The position numbers and the translations under genes are program-made. A DNA stretch of 64,000 bases from an uncultured Bdellovibrionales bacterium. GTDB taxonomy: Bacteria > Patescibacteriota > Minisyncoccia > Moranbacterales > DUUL01. The DNA lies in the NCBI GenBank assembly GCA_964346295.1, contig CAYFUG010000002.1, positions 7,355-71,354 of the forward strand. The letters are read 5' to 3'. The first letter of the stretch is position 1, and each line of letters opens with the position of its first letter. This document shows, piece after piece, positions 46,965 through 57,925 of this stretch. Under the pieces are notes generated by a model. The model was not told the origin of the DNA, searched no databases, and saw nothing but the letters and a program-made list of their open reading frames with translations.

Positions 46965-47546
46965 TTACTTCTTTTTCTCAACTATTTTGTCTATAAGCCC
47001 ATACTTTTTGGCCTCTTCTGCGCTCATATAATAATCTCGGTCGGAGTCCTTCTCCACCCTCTCCACTTTTTGACCGGAATGTTTGGCCAAAATCTCATTG
47101 AGGCGCTGTTTGGTTTTAAGGATATGCTTAGCGTGAATATCGATATCAGTTGCTTGCCCCTCGGTACCGCCCATCACTTGATGAATCATCACTTCACTAT
47201 TGGGCAATCCTAAACGCTTCCCTTTCTTGCCTGCCGCCAAAAGTAGTGCTGCTGCCGATGCTGCCGTCCCCACACAGATAGTGGAAATATCCGGCTTAAC
47301 AAATTGCATGGTATCGTAAATCGCTAAAGCCGCTGAAACATGGCCACCCGGTGAATTAATATAGAGCTTAATGTCCTCCTTGGGATCCTGGGATTGCAAA
47401 AACAGCAACTGAGCAATCACCGCATTAGCCACTTGATCGTTAATGCCGGTGCCCAAAAAAATGATCCGGTCTTTTAATAAACGAGAATAAATGTCGTAAG
47501 CCCGCTCCCCAAATTGGGATTTTTCAATAACAGTAGGGATTAACAT
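46965..47546 (-). CDS. clpP: ATP-dependent Clp protease proteolytic subunit
   Basis: [32 protein letters not shown]. Confidence 0.98.
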   Translation of the reverse strand: MLIPTVIEKSQFGERAYDIYSRLLKDRIIFLGTGINDQVANAVIAQLLFLQSQDPKEDIKLYINSPGGHVSAALAIYDTMQFVKPDISTICVGTAASAAALLLAAGKKGKRLGLPNSEVMIHQVMGGTEGQATDIDIHAKHILKTKQRLNEILAKHSGQKVERVEKDSDRDYYMSAEEAKKYGLIDKIVEKKK

Positions 47547-47661
47547 AGAAACAAAAGATTAACAAATTTTATTACTAACCACAGATACCAACCCTTCTCG
47601 CTAAAAAGCCAAGATTAGCCTTGATGTTATTAAGCCAATCTTAGCACTAATGACAAAAAAA

Positions 47662-47695
47662 TCAAAAGAGTCTCCCGGCAGGAAGACTCTTTTGA
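47662..47695. terminator. Intrinsic terminator after tuf
   Basis: TCAAAAGAGTCT-CC-CGGCA-GG-A-AGACTCTTTTGA. Confidence 0.75.
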
Positions 47696-47710
47696 GAAAA
47701 TAAAGACTTA

Positions 47711-47830
47711 AGGTTTTCAATTTTTAGAAAATTTTAGGAAAAATCGAGTACTGAGCGAGATATACCGAAGTGTATAACAAACGAGTAACAGAGATTTTGA
47801 CATCAAAATTTTCAAAATTTGGAAGCCCCT
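47711..47830 (+). repeat. Family A palindromic element between the tuf stop and its terminator
   Basis: AGGTTTTCAATTTTTAGAAAATTT...GCGAGATATACCGAAGTGTATAAC...AAATTTTCAAAATTTGGAAGCCC; closest to the dusB copy. Confidence 0.8.
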
Positions 47831-47839
47831 CTTTTGTTT

Positions 47840-49030
47840 CTATTTAGTAATACTAGTAACAGCACCAGCACCTACTGTACGACCACCTTCGCGGATCGCA
47901 AAGCGCATTCCTTCTTCCATTGCCACTGGACTTACCAATTTGACATTCAAAGTAATAGTATCACCAGGCATTACCATTTCGGTTCCTTCTGGCAAGAACA
48001 CCTCGCCGGTCACGTCAGTGGTTCGAATGTAGAATTGGGGCTTGTATCCCTTAAAAAAAGGAGTGTGGCGTCCACCTTCATCTTTAGTTAAAATGTAAAT
48101 CTTAGCCTCGAATTCGGTGTGAGGGGTAATGGTTCCAGGCTTAGCCAAAACCTGTCCTCGCTCTACATCTTCTTTTTTAAGTCCCCGCAAGAGAATTCCA
48201 GCGTTATCACCTGCTTCTCCTCGATCCAAGGACTTATTGAACATTTCCACGCCAGTAACAGTAGTCTTTTGAGTATCGCGCAAACCTACAATTTCAATCT
48301 CTTCACTCAGATTAACTACTCCTCGCTCAATTCTTCCGGTTACTACGGTTCCTCGACCTTCAATTGAGAAAATATCCTCAATTGGCATCAAGAAAGGTTT
48401 TTCCACATCTCGTTCCGGCTGAGGAATCTTCTCGTCTAAAGCGTCCAAGAGATCAAAGACAGGCTTTACTTCATCACTCTCTGGGTCCTTAGACTCTAAA
48501 GCCTTCAAAGCAGAACCTCGCACAATGGTGGCATTTTCTCCATCAAATTCGTACTTGGTTAAAAGATCTCGCACTTCTTCTTCGACTAAGTCAACTAGAT
48601 CAGGATCGTCTACCATGTCTACCTTATTAATAAACACTACAATCTGAGGAACGCCTACCTGACGAGCCAATAAAATATGCTCTCGGGTTTGAGGCATCGG
48701 ACCATCGGTAGCGCTAACCACCAAGATGGATCCGTCCATTTGAGCAGCTCCGGTAATCATATTCTTGATGTAATCAGCGTGACCAGGACAATCCACATGA
48801 GCATAGTGGCGATTGTCGGTTTCGTACTCTACATGAGCGGTAGCAATAGTAATTCCCCGCTCGCGCTCTTCCGGGGCCTTATCAATTTGATCCACTGGAA
48901 TCTCTTTGTCTAGCTTTCCAGCAATCGCCAAAGAATGCAGAATAGCAGCAGTCAAAGTAGTTTTTCCGTGGTCAACATGGCCAATGGTTCCCACATTAAC
49001 ATGGGCCTTGGAACGATTAAAATCTGCCAT
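47840..49030 (-). CDS. tuf: Elongation factor Tu
   Basis: [33 protein letters not shown]. Confidence 0.99.
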   Translation of the reverse strand: MADFNRSKAHVNVGTIGHVDHGKTTLTAAILHSLAIAGKLDKEIPVDQIDKAPEERERGITIATAHVEYETDNRHYAHVDCPGHADYIKNMITGAAQMDGSILVVSATDGPMPQTREHILLARQVGVPQIVVFINKVDMVDDPDLVDLVEEEVRDLLTKYEFDGENATIVRGSALKALESKDPESDEVKPVFDLLDALDEKIPQPERDVEKPFLMPIEDIFSIEGRGTVVTGRIERGVVNLSEEIEIVGLRDTQKTTVTGVEMFNKSLDRGEAGDNAGILLRGLKKEDVERGQVLAKPGTITPHTEFEAKIYILTKDEGGRHTPFFKGYKPQFYIRTTDVTGEVFLPEGTEMVMPGDTITLNVKLVSPVAMEEGMRFAIREGGRTVGAGAVTSITK

Positions 49031-49277
49031 AATTGTTGAGAAGTAAATCAGCAGCTAAATATTTTTCTTATATTTTTTCAGCTACTAACTCCTTTTTAGA
49101 CTGATTTAATTAAATATTATATTAATTTCCAAAAATTCTTATTAGGATTAGACCTCTTGTAATTAAAGCACATCCACTCAAAACCAGCAAGGCTAGGGCG
49201 GTGCTTGATACTTCGTAGTGTGTTAGAATCCAATCAACTAATCTCGATCTGACAATCAAATCTCTGCACTTCTCGCA

Positions 49278-49844
49278 TTAAACTTCTTCGTATCTAATTT
49301 CTGATTGCTCTGATTGCTCCGCCTCCAAGCTACTTTCTAACTCTTCCTCTACTTTTCTCTGTCGTAGTTGAGCAATATCAGCGTTTATTCTATCCAACAG
49401 CTGAGCGTTTGTCAAATTAGCGGCTAAATCCCTTTTTTCCTTTAATTCGCCAGCTTCTTCTTGTTTGAAATTTCTCTTGGGAAGTTTATCTAAGCGCTCC
49501 TCAGGATCCCCAAAAGATGGCAAAGAAGCTATGGTCTCGAGATAATTCTCCCCTTCTTTCTCTCCAGGTAAAAAACACTCTCCTGCTGAATCTTTCTCTT
49601 CCCAAGCAAGAGGCGCTTCCAAAGAATCTTCTTCACCAGAAAAGTAATATTCGTCTTCTAACTCCCACTCATCAAAATCATAACGCTCCCAAAACTCTTC
49701 GGGATCCAGCTCTCCCATTCTCCGAATTTCCCTTAAATACTCCTTCAGGCCCATTACCACAAAAGCCTTGTTAGATTTTTCGTCGTTAATAATTACCTTC
49801 CCCCCTGACAACTTCAGTAGCTGCTTAAGTTTCCTGGGCAGCAT
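49278..49844 (-). CDS. Hypothetical acidic protein (CPR-conserved type)
   Basis: GGKVII...AFVVMGLKEY...LTNAQLLDRINADIA; start moved to 49844. Confidence 0.7.
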   Translation of the reverse strand: MLPRKLKQLLKLSGGKVIINDEKSNKAFVVMGLKEYLREIRRMGELDPEEFWERYDFDEWELEDEYYFSGEEDSLEAPLAWEEKDSAGECFLPGEKEGENYLETIASLPSFGDPEERLDKLPKRNFKQEEAGELKEKRDLAANLTNAQLLDRINADIAQLRQRKVEEELESSLEAEQSEQSEIRYEEV

Positions 49845-49861
49845 AATCTTTGAATTACTTG

Positions 49862-50257
49862 TTAATCCCCTATTTTGTTTTTCGAAGCTGAACGCCAAAA
49901 AATCTTTCTGATGTTAATTAAAATTAATATTATCACTACTAACAGCACTGGAAATGCTAACTTATTTAACTCCCAAGTCTCCTGAAAATTCCCTTTTAAT
50001 AAATTAGCCAAAGCATGGGTAATGTCGCAAGCTGGGCACTGACAACCTTCTAGCCACCCTGCCGAAGGACACTCTCCTCCCAGAATCCAAGGAATCAACC
50101 ACTCTCTAAAAAGACATTTCACAGGCAATCTCTCTAGATACTCAACAGGGACCACAGCTAAAAAAACTAAACCCGCCGAAAAAACAGTTACCACTGCCCT
50201 CGGAGAAGCCAATCCGATAAACTCTCCCGCCAACAGTCTCCATTTTTTCTTCTTCAT
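49862..50257 (-). CDS. DUF2752-family membrane protein
   Basis: CLF...CPACDITHA...LLKGNF...N; adjacent to a TM2 gene. Confidence 0.8.
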   Translation of the reverse strand: MKKKKWRLLAGEFIGLASPRAVVTVFSAGLVFLAVVPVEYLERLPVKCLFREWLIPWILGGECPSAGWLEGCQCPACDITHALANLLKGNFQETWELNKLAFPVLLVVIILILINIRKIFWRSASKNKIGD

Positions 50258-50264
50258 AGAGCAA

Positions 50265-50540
50265 TTACAACTGCTCTACCCATTCAATATCCTCGAAGGG
50301 ATGTTTAATGGCAATTAGAACAATGTCAATGATGTACCAAATTCCGCAACCGCCAGCCGTTAACAGTTTTAGAATTCCTAACCCCACATGACCCATAATA
50401 AAACGGTCCACTCCCAATCCTCCAAATAACACTGACATTATTAGAGTAAGAACCCAATTAACTCTTCGTTTTCCAGAGGAGGGATTGATTTGACCAGTAG
50501 GTCCGGGCTGAGGCTGACTCGACTGAGATGTTTGTTCCAT
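50265..50540 (-). CDS. TM2-domain protein
   Basis: GGLGVDRFIMGHVGLGILKLLTAGGCGIWYIID. Confidence 0.93.
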   Translation of the reverse strand: MEQTSQSSQPQPGPTGQINPSSGKRRVNWVLTLIMSVLFGGLGVDRFIMGHVGLGILKLLTAGGCGIWYIIDIVLIAIKHPFEDIEWVEQL

Positions 50541-50600
50541 AATTAAACTGTAGTATATTTAAAAGATTAATCGAAGTACCTAAAAATCTAACTGGGCTCT

Positions 50601-52688
50601 CTACCTTCCTTGCTGCTTGATTTCCTCCGCTACATTAGCAGGAACCTGAGCATAATGATCAAATTCCATGGCATAATTGGCTCGGCCTTGAGTCATAGAT
50701 CGAAGCTGCGTGGCATAACCAAACAAGGAAGCCAGAGGAACTTGAGCCTTAATTACTTTAACGGCAGCATTTCCTTCTCCTCGATCTTGCATTTCTTCAA
50801 TCTGACCTCGCTTAGCGTTCAAATCGCCCACTACATCTCCCATAAAATTTTCGGGAGTAATTACCTCCACCTTCATAACAGGCTCCAAGATAGCAGGTTT
50901 CGCTTGATGACAAGCTTCTTTGAAGGCCATCGAACCGGCAATTTTAAAGGCTGCCTCTGAAGAGTCCACATCATGATAAGATCCATCATAAAGGGTAACT
51001 TTAACATCTACCATCTGATAGCCTGCCAATATTCCATTTTCCATGGCCTCTTTCACGCCTTTTTCTGCCGCCGGAATAAACTCCACAGGAATTACTCCTC
51101 CTTTGATTTCATTAATAAACTCAAAGCCTTTGCCCTCACCTAGAGGTTCTACCTTGACATGACAATCACCATATTGACCTCGCCCCCCACTCTGACGAAT
51201 GTATTTACCTTGGGCCTTAGCTTCTTGTAGGATAGTCTCTCGATAAGCCACTTGGGGTTGTCCCACATTAGCCTCTACCTTAAATTCTCTTTTGAGACGA
51301 TCCACGATAATATCTAAATGCAACTCTCCCATGCCACTGATAAGGGTTTGACTAGTCTCCTCGTCAGTACGCACTCGGAAGGTAGGGTCTTCTTCTGCCA
51401 ACTTCCTAAGTGCCACCGCCATTTTTTCTTGGTCCGCTTTAGTCTTCGGCTCAATAGCAATCGAAATTACCGGCTCTGGGAATTCAATATTCTCCAGTAA
51501 CAAAGGATAGTCTTCATCGCAAAGAGTATCTCCAGTGGTGGTATACTTGGTTCCCACTAAGGCGCCAATTCCTCCTGAGTAAATTTCGTCCATCTCCTCT
51601 CGATGATTAGAGTGCATTCGCAAGATTCTTCCAATTCGCTCCTTTTTGCCCTTAGAAGAATTGAGGACATAGGAACCCGCTTTTAAAGCTCCCGAATAAA
51701 CTCGGAAAAAGGTTAATTGACCCACATAAGGATCCGAAGCTACCTTAAAAGCCAAAGCCGCAAAAGGCTGGTCATCTCCCGCTTTTCGACTAAGTTCTTT
51801 TTCAGGATCCGCAATATCCAATCCTTTTACCGGAGGTACTTCTGTAGGGGAAGGCAGGTAATCCACTACAGCATCTAGCACTCGCTGCACTCCTTTATTT
51901 TTAAGAGCAGTTCCAGTTAAAACGGGAATCAAAGTACCAGCGATAGTTCCCTTTCGCAAGGCCTTCTTGAGCTCTTCTTCGCTAATTTCTTGACCTTCTA
52001 AAAATTTTTCGGTAAGGACGTCATCAGTCTCGGCCACTTTTTCTATCATTTTATCATGCCATTCTTGAGCTACTTGCTTAAGATCTTCCGGAATCTCCTT
52101 TTCATTTACTTCCATTCCATGATTACCCTCAAAGTAGACGGCCTTCATCTTCAAGAGATCCACTACTCCCAGATGCTCCCCACTCTGACCAATCGGATAC
52201 TGAATGGCTACTGCATTAGGAGAAAGCCGATCCCAAATAGAACTCAAGGCTCTCTCAAAATCAGCGCCTTCTTTATCGATCTTGTTAATAAAGCACACTC
52301 GTGGCACATGGTATTTATCGGCTTGGCGCCAAACGGTTTCACTTTGAGGCTCTACTCCCTCTTTACCGTCAAAGACCACCACACCTCCGTCCAGTACTCG
52401 TAAAGAGCGCTCTACCTCCACCGTAAAGTCAACGTGACCAGGGGTGTCAATGATGTTAATTTGATGATCTTTCCAACTAGAAGTGGTAGCCGCCGAAGTG
52501 ATAGTAATTCCGCGTTCTCGCTCCTGTTCCATCCAGTCCATCACTGCCTCTCCTTCGTGAACTTCTCCAATTTTGTGAGAAAGCCCGGTGTAAAATAAAA
52601 CTCGCTCGGTAGTAGTGGTTTTACCGGCGTCAATGTGAGCAATAATTCCAATATTGCGCAATTTTTCAATAGGGGTTTGTCGTGCCAT
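50601..52688 (-). CDS. fusA: Elongation factor G
   Basis: [27 protein letters not shown]. Confidence 0.99.
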   Translation of the reverse strand: MARQTPIEKLRNIGIIAHIDAGKTTTTERVLFYTGLSHKIGEVHEGEAVMDWMEQERERGITITSAATTSSWKDHQINIIDTPGHVDFTVEVERSLRVLDGGVVVFDGKEGVEPQSETVWRQADKYHVPRVCFINKIDKEGADFERALSSIWDRLSPNAVAIQYPIGQSGEHLGVVDLLKMKAVYFEGNHGMEVNEKEIPEDLKQVAQEWHDKMIEKVAETDDVLTEKFLEGQEISEEELKKALRKGTIAGTLIPVLTGTALKNKGVQRVLDAVVDYLPSPTEVPPVKGLDIADPEKELSRKAGDDQPFAALAFKVASDPYVGQLTFFRVYSGALKAGSYVLNSSKGKKERIGRILRMHSNHREEMDEIYSGGIGALVGTKYTTTGDTLCDEDYPLLLENIEFPEPVISIAIEPKTKADQEKMAVALRKLAEEDPTFRVRTDEETSQTLISGMGELHLDIIVDRLKREFKVEANVGQPQVAYRETILQEAKAQGKYIRQSGGRGQYGDCHVKVEPLGEGKGFEFINEIKGGVIPVEFIPAAEKGVKEAMENGILAGYQMVDVKVTLYDGSYHDVDSSEAAFKIAGSMAFKEACHQAKPAILEPVMKVEVITPENFMGDVVGDLNAKRGQIEEMQDRGEGNAAVKVIKAQVPLASLFGYATQLRSMTQGRANYAMEFDHYAQVPANVAEEIKQQGR

Positions 52689-53094
52689 GTTTTTGTAAAA
52701 AATTAAAATTTCAATTAAGTTGCTTAATCATAAAGCCAATAAAACAAAGGCTTGTTAGAATCATATCCAAAAATATTCACATAAATAATCAACAAAAAAA
52801 TAGCAGCAGAAACAGTACTAAAGGAGACAAAACAGCGAAAACACTTGCCGACCACCTTTTTATCTTAAAACCCTTCCAGGAAACAAAAAATATAACTATC
52901 GGTAAAATTAAAAAATAGGAAACTGAAAAAACGAAGGTCTTCATAGATAACTCTTAATTGTCAATGTCTTTGATCTCCCTCCCAACACCTTCCTGAGTCA
53001 ATCTTACCTGCTTCCGATAAAAAAATCAAAAGGATCCGGAAATAAAAATCCAGATCCCACCAATTCTAAAGGCAATCTAAGTTTTAGTCAAATT

Positions 53095-53417
53095 TCAAAT
53101 ATCTTCGCTCTTTATTCTTGTTTCCAATTCATTCATAGTGGACAAAAAAGATTCCTCCATGTTAACCTCGTATTCTTTGGCTAAAACTAACAAGCAAAAG
53201 AGGCAGTCCGATAACTCATGCTTAATCTTAAATCCATATTATCAATGGTCCTAATTCCATTTTTAGCCTGAACCAGCTTCATCAAATCTCCCACATCTCC
53301 TACCAGCCCCAAAGCAAACTCTTCGTTTGTCCAACTTCTTCCGTGCTTCTTTTTTTCGAATTCCTTATAAAGCTCCCTAATCTCCAAGGCTCGTTTTTGA
53401 ATTTCCACTAATTCCAT
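53095..53417 (-). pseudogene. MazG-like nucleotide pyrophosphohydrolase, frameshifted
   Basis: MELVEIQKRA...LVGDVGDL, then HELSDCLFCLLVLAKEYEVNMEE in another frame; shift near 53225. Confidence 0.8.
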
Positions 53418-53439
53418 AAAGATATAATAAGAAATTAAT

Positions 53440-53907
53440 TTATTTGTAAAAACTTTCAATCGGCTCCATCCCTTCAGGAAATATCGGGGAGTATTTCCCT
53501 CTGTCAAGATACTTAGCTAGATTATCAACTCTTCTTCTTAGCTCCTCTTCTCTTCTTAGCACAATAACACTATCGCCCGAAGCAATCCCGGCATCCGAGC
53601 AAACCTCTAAATTCCTAAAAGTATTGCACTCAATTAGAGGCCCCGAATCACTCCAATTTTCCATATCATGAATCCAAACATCCGTCATGCGTTCACCGCC
53701 AAGACTCCACACAAAAACAATATGATAAGCGCCCTTACTCAAGCCTTCCAAATGTTTTTTGTAGAGATTATCCAAATGTTCCTGTATGGAATAATTATCC
53801 TTCCGATCAAATACTTCATATAAAGGATTCTCATCTCTCACAGGATAAACAATCAACTGCAGCTTTCCAATGTTATGATTAAAGGGCTTGAATTGCCTTG
53901 CAGCCAT
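53440..53907 (-). CDS. Hypothetical protein
   Basis: 155 aa ORF; no motif recognised. Confidence 0.7.
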   Translation of the reverse strand: MAARQFKPFNHNIGKLQLIVYPVRDENPLYEVFDRKDNYSIQEHLDNLYKKHLEGLSKGAYHIVFVWSLGGERMTDVWIHDMENWSDSGPLIECNTFRNLEVCSDAGIASGDSVIVLRREEELRRRVDNLAKYLDRGKYSPIFPEGMEPIESFYK

Positions 53908-54013
53908 AACAATAATTTTACTATTTAACTGAGAAGAATTCTTGGTCTGACCTTTTTCAATACCAAAGAAATTACGCTTAATTCTCCTTGCGACTTAACA
54001 TCTTCCCCAAAGA

Positions 54014-55528
54014 CTACCTCAATTCATCCTTCAAAATCGTCATTGCCAACTGTGGATTGGCTTTCCCCTTGGTTTCTTTCATCACCTGACCCATCAAAAA
54101 TTTAACCGCATTCTCCTTGCCGGCCTGGTAAGCTTCCACGGAAGCAGGATTTTGAAAAATCACCCGCTTAACCACTTCTCGCAAAGTATCCTGGTCAGAA
54201 GTTTGAGCTAAATCGTTATCGCGAATAATGTCCGAGGGATCACCGCCTTTTTTGACCAGCTCCAGCATCACCAACTGAGCGGAAGAAGAGTTGATTTCTC
54301 CTTGGAAAATAATTTTGGTCAGCTCGGCAAAGTTCTCTGGAGTTACCTTCAGTTCACTTACCTCCTGGCCTTCCTGAATCAATAATCTCTGCAGCTCGGT
54401 GGTAATATAGTTAGCCGCCAAGCGACAAACCTCGTTTTTATCATCTTCTTTAAATTTATGACCTTCAGCTTTGAGCCAATTTTCCAGCTCGCTGGTAACC
54501 TGCTCAAAGAAATTCGCCAATTCTCGACTCCTCGCCAAAAATTCAGCACTTTCCTCTCGCAGGCCATATTGCTTCAACAAGCGATCTTTTTTGGCAGCCG
54601 GCAGTTCTGGCAACTTTCTCTTGAGTAGTTCAATTTCTGCTTCTTCAAAGATAATTCGGCGCAAATCCGGCTCGGGAAAGTAGCGATAATCATGGGCATC
54701 TTCCTTGGTGCGCTGAGAAAAAGTCTCGCTGCGAGTCTCGTCCCAGCCCCGAGTTTCTTGAATTACCTGACCACCTTCTTCTAAAACTTCACTTTGGCGA
54801 ATAACTTCATATTCAATCCCTTTTTCTACTGATCGAAAAGAATTGATATTTTTTAGCTCCACCTTAGTGCCGCTAAGCGGGTCCTCGTGCGGCCGATGCA
54901 AGGAAACATTGGCCTCGCAACGCATTTGCCCCTTCTCCATATCGGCCGGCGATACATTAATCGCTCGCAACAAGAGTTGGAGATTTTCACAAAAAGCTCG
55001 AGCCTCGGCTGCTGACTGGATGTCCGGATCCGTTACCAGCTCCATCAGGGGTACTCCGGAGCGGTTATAGTCCACCAGAGTCTCGCCCTTGTCGCCGTGC
55101 AGCAATTTTCCGGTGTCCTCTTCCATGTGAATCCGATTGATTCCCACTCGCTTAAGATAGGACTCCTCGCCATTTTTACCGCTCACCATAAATTCCAAAA
55201 AACCACTTTGACACAACGGTGGCTCGTATTGAGAGATTTGGTAGCCCTTGGGAAGATCGGGATAGAAATAATTTTTCCGATGAAAGCGGCTCTTGCGATT
55301 GACATGGCAATTAAGCGCCAGTCCCGTCTGAATTAAAAACTCCAAAGCTTTCCGATTGGGCGTTGGCAAGGCTCCTGGCTGTCCTGTGCACACTGGGCAA
55401 ATATTTTTATTCGGCACCGGCTCTTGACCCATGCCGTTTTTGCAAGAACAAAACATTTTGCTCTCGGTAGCCAGCTCCACATGCACTTCCATTCCAATAG
55501 TCGGTTGATATTTTTCAATTTTATACAT
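54014..55528 (-). CDS. gatB: Asp/Glu-tRNA amidotransferase subunit B
   Basis: GMEVHVEL, RKNYFYPDLPKGYQISQ, HMEEDTGK, DYRYFPEPDL. Confidence 0.99.
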   Translation of the reverse strand: MYKIEKYQPTIGMEVHVELATESKMFCSCKNGMGQEPVPNKNICPVCTGQPGALPTPNRKALEFLIQTGLALNCHVNRKSRFHRKNYFYPDLPKGYQISQYEPPLCQSGFLEFMVSGKNGEESYLKRVGINRIHMEEDTGKLLHGDKGETLVDYNRSGVPLMELVTDPDIQSAAEARAFCENLQLLLRAINVSPADMEKGQMRCEANVSLHRPHEDPLSGTKVELKNINSFRSVEKGIEYEVIRQSEVLEEGGQVIQETRGWDETRSETFSQRTKEDAHDYRYFPEPDLRRIIFEEAEIELLKRKLPELPAAKKDRLLKQYGLREESAEFLARSRELANFFEQVTSELENWLKAEGHKFKEDDKNEVCRLAANYITTELQRLLIQEGQEVSELKVTPENFAELTKIIFQGEINSSSAQLVMLELVKKGGDPSDIIRDNDLAQTSDQDTLREVVKRVIFQNPASVEAYQAGKENAVKFLMGQVMKETKGKANPQLAMTILKDELR

Positions 55529-55555
55529 TGTTATTATTGAGAAAATTTTACTAGG

Positions 55556-56128
55556 CTAAGACAAAGCCTCTTCTAATAAAGCAGGAAATCTTTCGCTCTT
55601 TAAGTCCTTAAGGCAAAAATGGCCATGATCCTTGAATTCTCTATACTTCAAATCTTTTATTACTTGTCTAATCTCCTCTACGCTCTTATGTATTCCCTCA
55701 TCGTCGTCAGAAGAATTAAAGACAACTAGCTGCCTCACTCTTTCATTCAACTGAGGATCAATTTCAAAATCGAAAAATTGACGGCCTTCTCCAGATTCTT
55801 TATCGCCTAACCAAGGAGCAACCAATATCACCTTGCCCGCCTCAATCCTTTTTTCTTCGCTCAAATATCTAACCAAAAAACCAGCTCCGCAACTATGGCC
55901 AACTAACAAAGTAGATTCATCAACAACAAATTGCTCAAATACTTTTTTCCAACTTTCGTAATCAGGCTCATAAGGCCTGGGCATCTCTGGAGTTTGAGTT
56001 AAAACATCCTTTAAAAGCAATTGGTGCTGCAACCAAGGAATCCAATGATTATTAGAATCAGAGCTTCTATTCAAGCTATAATATTCTTTTTCAGAGGGCT
56101 TGCCATGGATAATTAGGGCTTTCTCCAT
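55556..56128 (-). CDS. RBBP9/YdeN-family alpha/beta hydrolase
   Basis: IIHG, HWIPWL, GHSCG, SSDD, GHF. Confidence 0.9.
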   Translation of the reverse strand: MEKALIIHGKPSEKEYYSLNRSSDSNNHWIPWLQHQLLLKDVLTQTPEMPRPYEPDYESWKKVFEQFVVDESTLLVGHSCGAGFLVRYLSEEKRIEAGKVILVAPWLGDKESGEGRQFFDFEIDPQLNERVRQLVVFNSSDDDEGIHKSVEEIRQVIKDLKYREFKDHGHFCLKDLKSERFPALLEEALS

Positions 56129-56210
56129 AAGTTTTACATCAGAAGTTAGTCCTTACAATAAAGCTCTAGTCTAATTCTAAACCAAAAATCTTTCCTTGTC
56201 CAAAAGTTTC

Positions 56211-56492
56211 TCATTCAAAGCCAATGGGATTCTCCTTTTTTTCTGCCTCGGTCACTTTACCAAATTTCTCTTCGTATTTTTTTAGATTCTCCTCCATGGC
56301 CTTAATCATCCGCTTAAAGTGGCCAGGAGAAAGCACTACTCGACTATTAAGCGTGCCAGTGGGCGGAAAAACACTTAAAAAATCCAAGACAAACTCTTCT
56401 TTGGTGTGAATAATTTGCATCATGTTGGCATATTTGCCTTTCAAATCTTCGTCAGAAGCTTTGATTTGAATTTGTTGTTTTTGATTGGTCAT
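56211..56492 (-). CDS. DUF3467-family protein
   Basis: GKYAN...HTKEEFVLDF...SRVVLSPGHFKR...YEEKFG. Confidence 0.88.
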   Translation of the reverse strand: MTNQKQQIQIKASDEDLKGKYANMMQIIHTKEEFVLDFLSVFPPTGTLNSRVVLSPGHFKRMIKAMEENLKKYEEKFGKVTEAEKKENPIGFE

Positions 56493-56528
56493 GTAGTTGG
56501 AATTAACAATTTAAAAAACCTGAAACAA

Positions 56529-56666
56529 TTAATCCTTATCCCAGTTAAGGGGATTATACTCTATGTATTCTCGCAGTTTTTCTAGAGATTTCTCATTGCG
56601 GATGATGTGATCGTAATAACTGCGTTGCCAAGAGAAGCCTGCAGTTTGGATGTTTTTTCTAGCCTC
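56529..56666 (-). pseudogene. C-terminal relic of a RAYT/IS200-like Y1 (HUH) transposase
   Basis: Manual translation EARKNIQTAGFSWQRSYYDHIIRNEKSLEKLREYIEYNPLNWDKD*; not in the ORF track. Confidence 0.85.
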
Positions 56667-56668
56667 AA

Positions 56669-57910
56669 CTAAACCGCTAAATCCCTCGTCCACAAAGCCC
56701 CATAGCGAGCCAAAAGAGGAAGCAGGTGCGGCTTAAGGACAATTCCCTCTAAACCTTGGCCAAAGTTCTTGGCATCGGCAAATTGACGCAAAAAAGTCTC
56801 TTTGTCCCTAGCAATCAAGGTAAACATCGCCTCAAAAGTGCTGTCCCGTTTCATTTGATTCCAAATCCAACGGTACAATTGCTGCTTGCGAAAATAATGC
56901 ATCAACCGCTGATGCTGATTGATTCGCCGGTGATACTGCCGAAATACTCGCTGATCCTGATTTTCAAAATACTCCTCCAATAACCCGGCTGCCACCCGGG
57001 CCGAAACCAAGGCCCCCTTGATGCGATCCGCTACAAAAGCTCCACATAATCCAGCCGCGTCGCCCAAAAGCAATACTCGATCTCCATAGTAATGCCGAAG
57101 CGGACCGCCGATCGGAATTTTTCCGGCATAAGCATAAATCTCTCTTCCTTTCACTTGCAAATGGCCTTTATCTTGAATTTTCTCAAAAAAACGCTGAGTT
57201 AACTGTTTGATCTCATTACCATTCTGAGCTAATTTGGCCAACCCTAATCGCAAAGCTGGCTCACCTGCTACCTGAGTAGGCGACATCCAACCTCCGTAAC
57301 CCAAGCTAAACTCACCAAACCAATAGTGATAGACCGAGAATTTCGGCCTCTCCCCTAACAGAATTTTACCCGGGTAAAGCCGCTCATAACCTAAGAGAAA
57401 TTTGCGATTGATTCCCAATCCCGCCGCCTGGGCTACCCGAGAGCTTCCGCCATCCGCTCCAATCACAAACCGCCCTTTGACTTTAAGCGTATCCCCATTG
57501 TTTTTAGCCAGTACTTCCAAGTGGTCAGCTCTCCTATTCAAAGAAGAGAATTCCCAGCCCAACTCAATTTTAACATTAGAATTCGAACTATCTCCCAAGG
57601 CCTTTATCAAAGCTGGAGTGTCAGTAGAAAAAACCCAAGGCTTGGCAGACGAAGAAAAGAAGTTGGTCTCAAAATCAGTCGAAATAACTCCGATGGTGTC
57701 GATATCGTTGGTGAGAAATTTTTTCAAACCAGGAAGCTCCTCTTCTAACAGCTCCTTGGTGCGATTAGTCACCAGGCCGGTTGATTCATAGGCCGCATTT
57801 AGTTTGGCCTTTCTCTCCAAAATCAAAACCCGCTTATCCGAACCCAAATGACGAGCCAATGTCAGGCCCGCAAATCCTCCCCCTACAATAATAACATCGT
57901 AAATTGGCAT
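56669..57910 (-). CDS. FAD-dependent oxidoreductase, geranylgeranyl reductase-like
   Basis: GGGFAG, IGADG, YGGW, LLGDAAG. Confidence 0.9.
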   Translation of the reverse strand: MPIYDVIIVGGGFAGLTLARHLGSDKRVLILERKAKLNAAYESTGLVTNRTKELLEEELPGLKKFLTNDIDTIGVISTDFETNFFSSSAKPWVFSTDTPALIKALGDSSNSNVKIELGWEFSSLNRRADHLEVLAKNNGDTLKVKGRFVIGADGGSSRVAQAAGLGINRKFLLGYERLYPGKILLGERPKFSVYHYWFGEFSLGYGGWMSPTQVAGEPALRLGLAKLAQNGNEIKQLTQRFFEKIQDKGHLQVKGREIYAYAGKIPIGGPLRHYYGDRVLLLGDAAGLCGAFVADRIKGALVSARVAAGLLEEYFENQDQRVFRQYHRRINQHQRLMHYFRKQQLYRWIWNQMKRDSTFEAMFTLIARDKETFLRQFADAKNFGQGLEGIVLKPHLLPLLARYGALWTRDLAV

Positions 57911-57925
57911 GGGTTAAATTGAATT

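Noticed and set aside
49140-49270. tRNA or leader RNA upstream of tuf
   Set aside because: No T-loop or cloverleaf; only a weak AAGCAC/GTGCTT stem.
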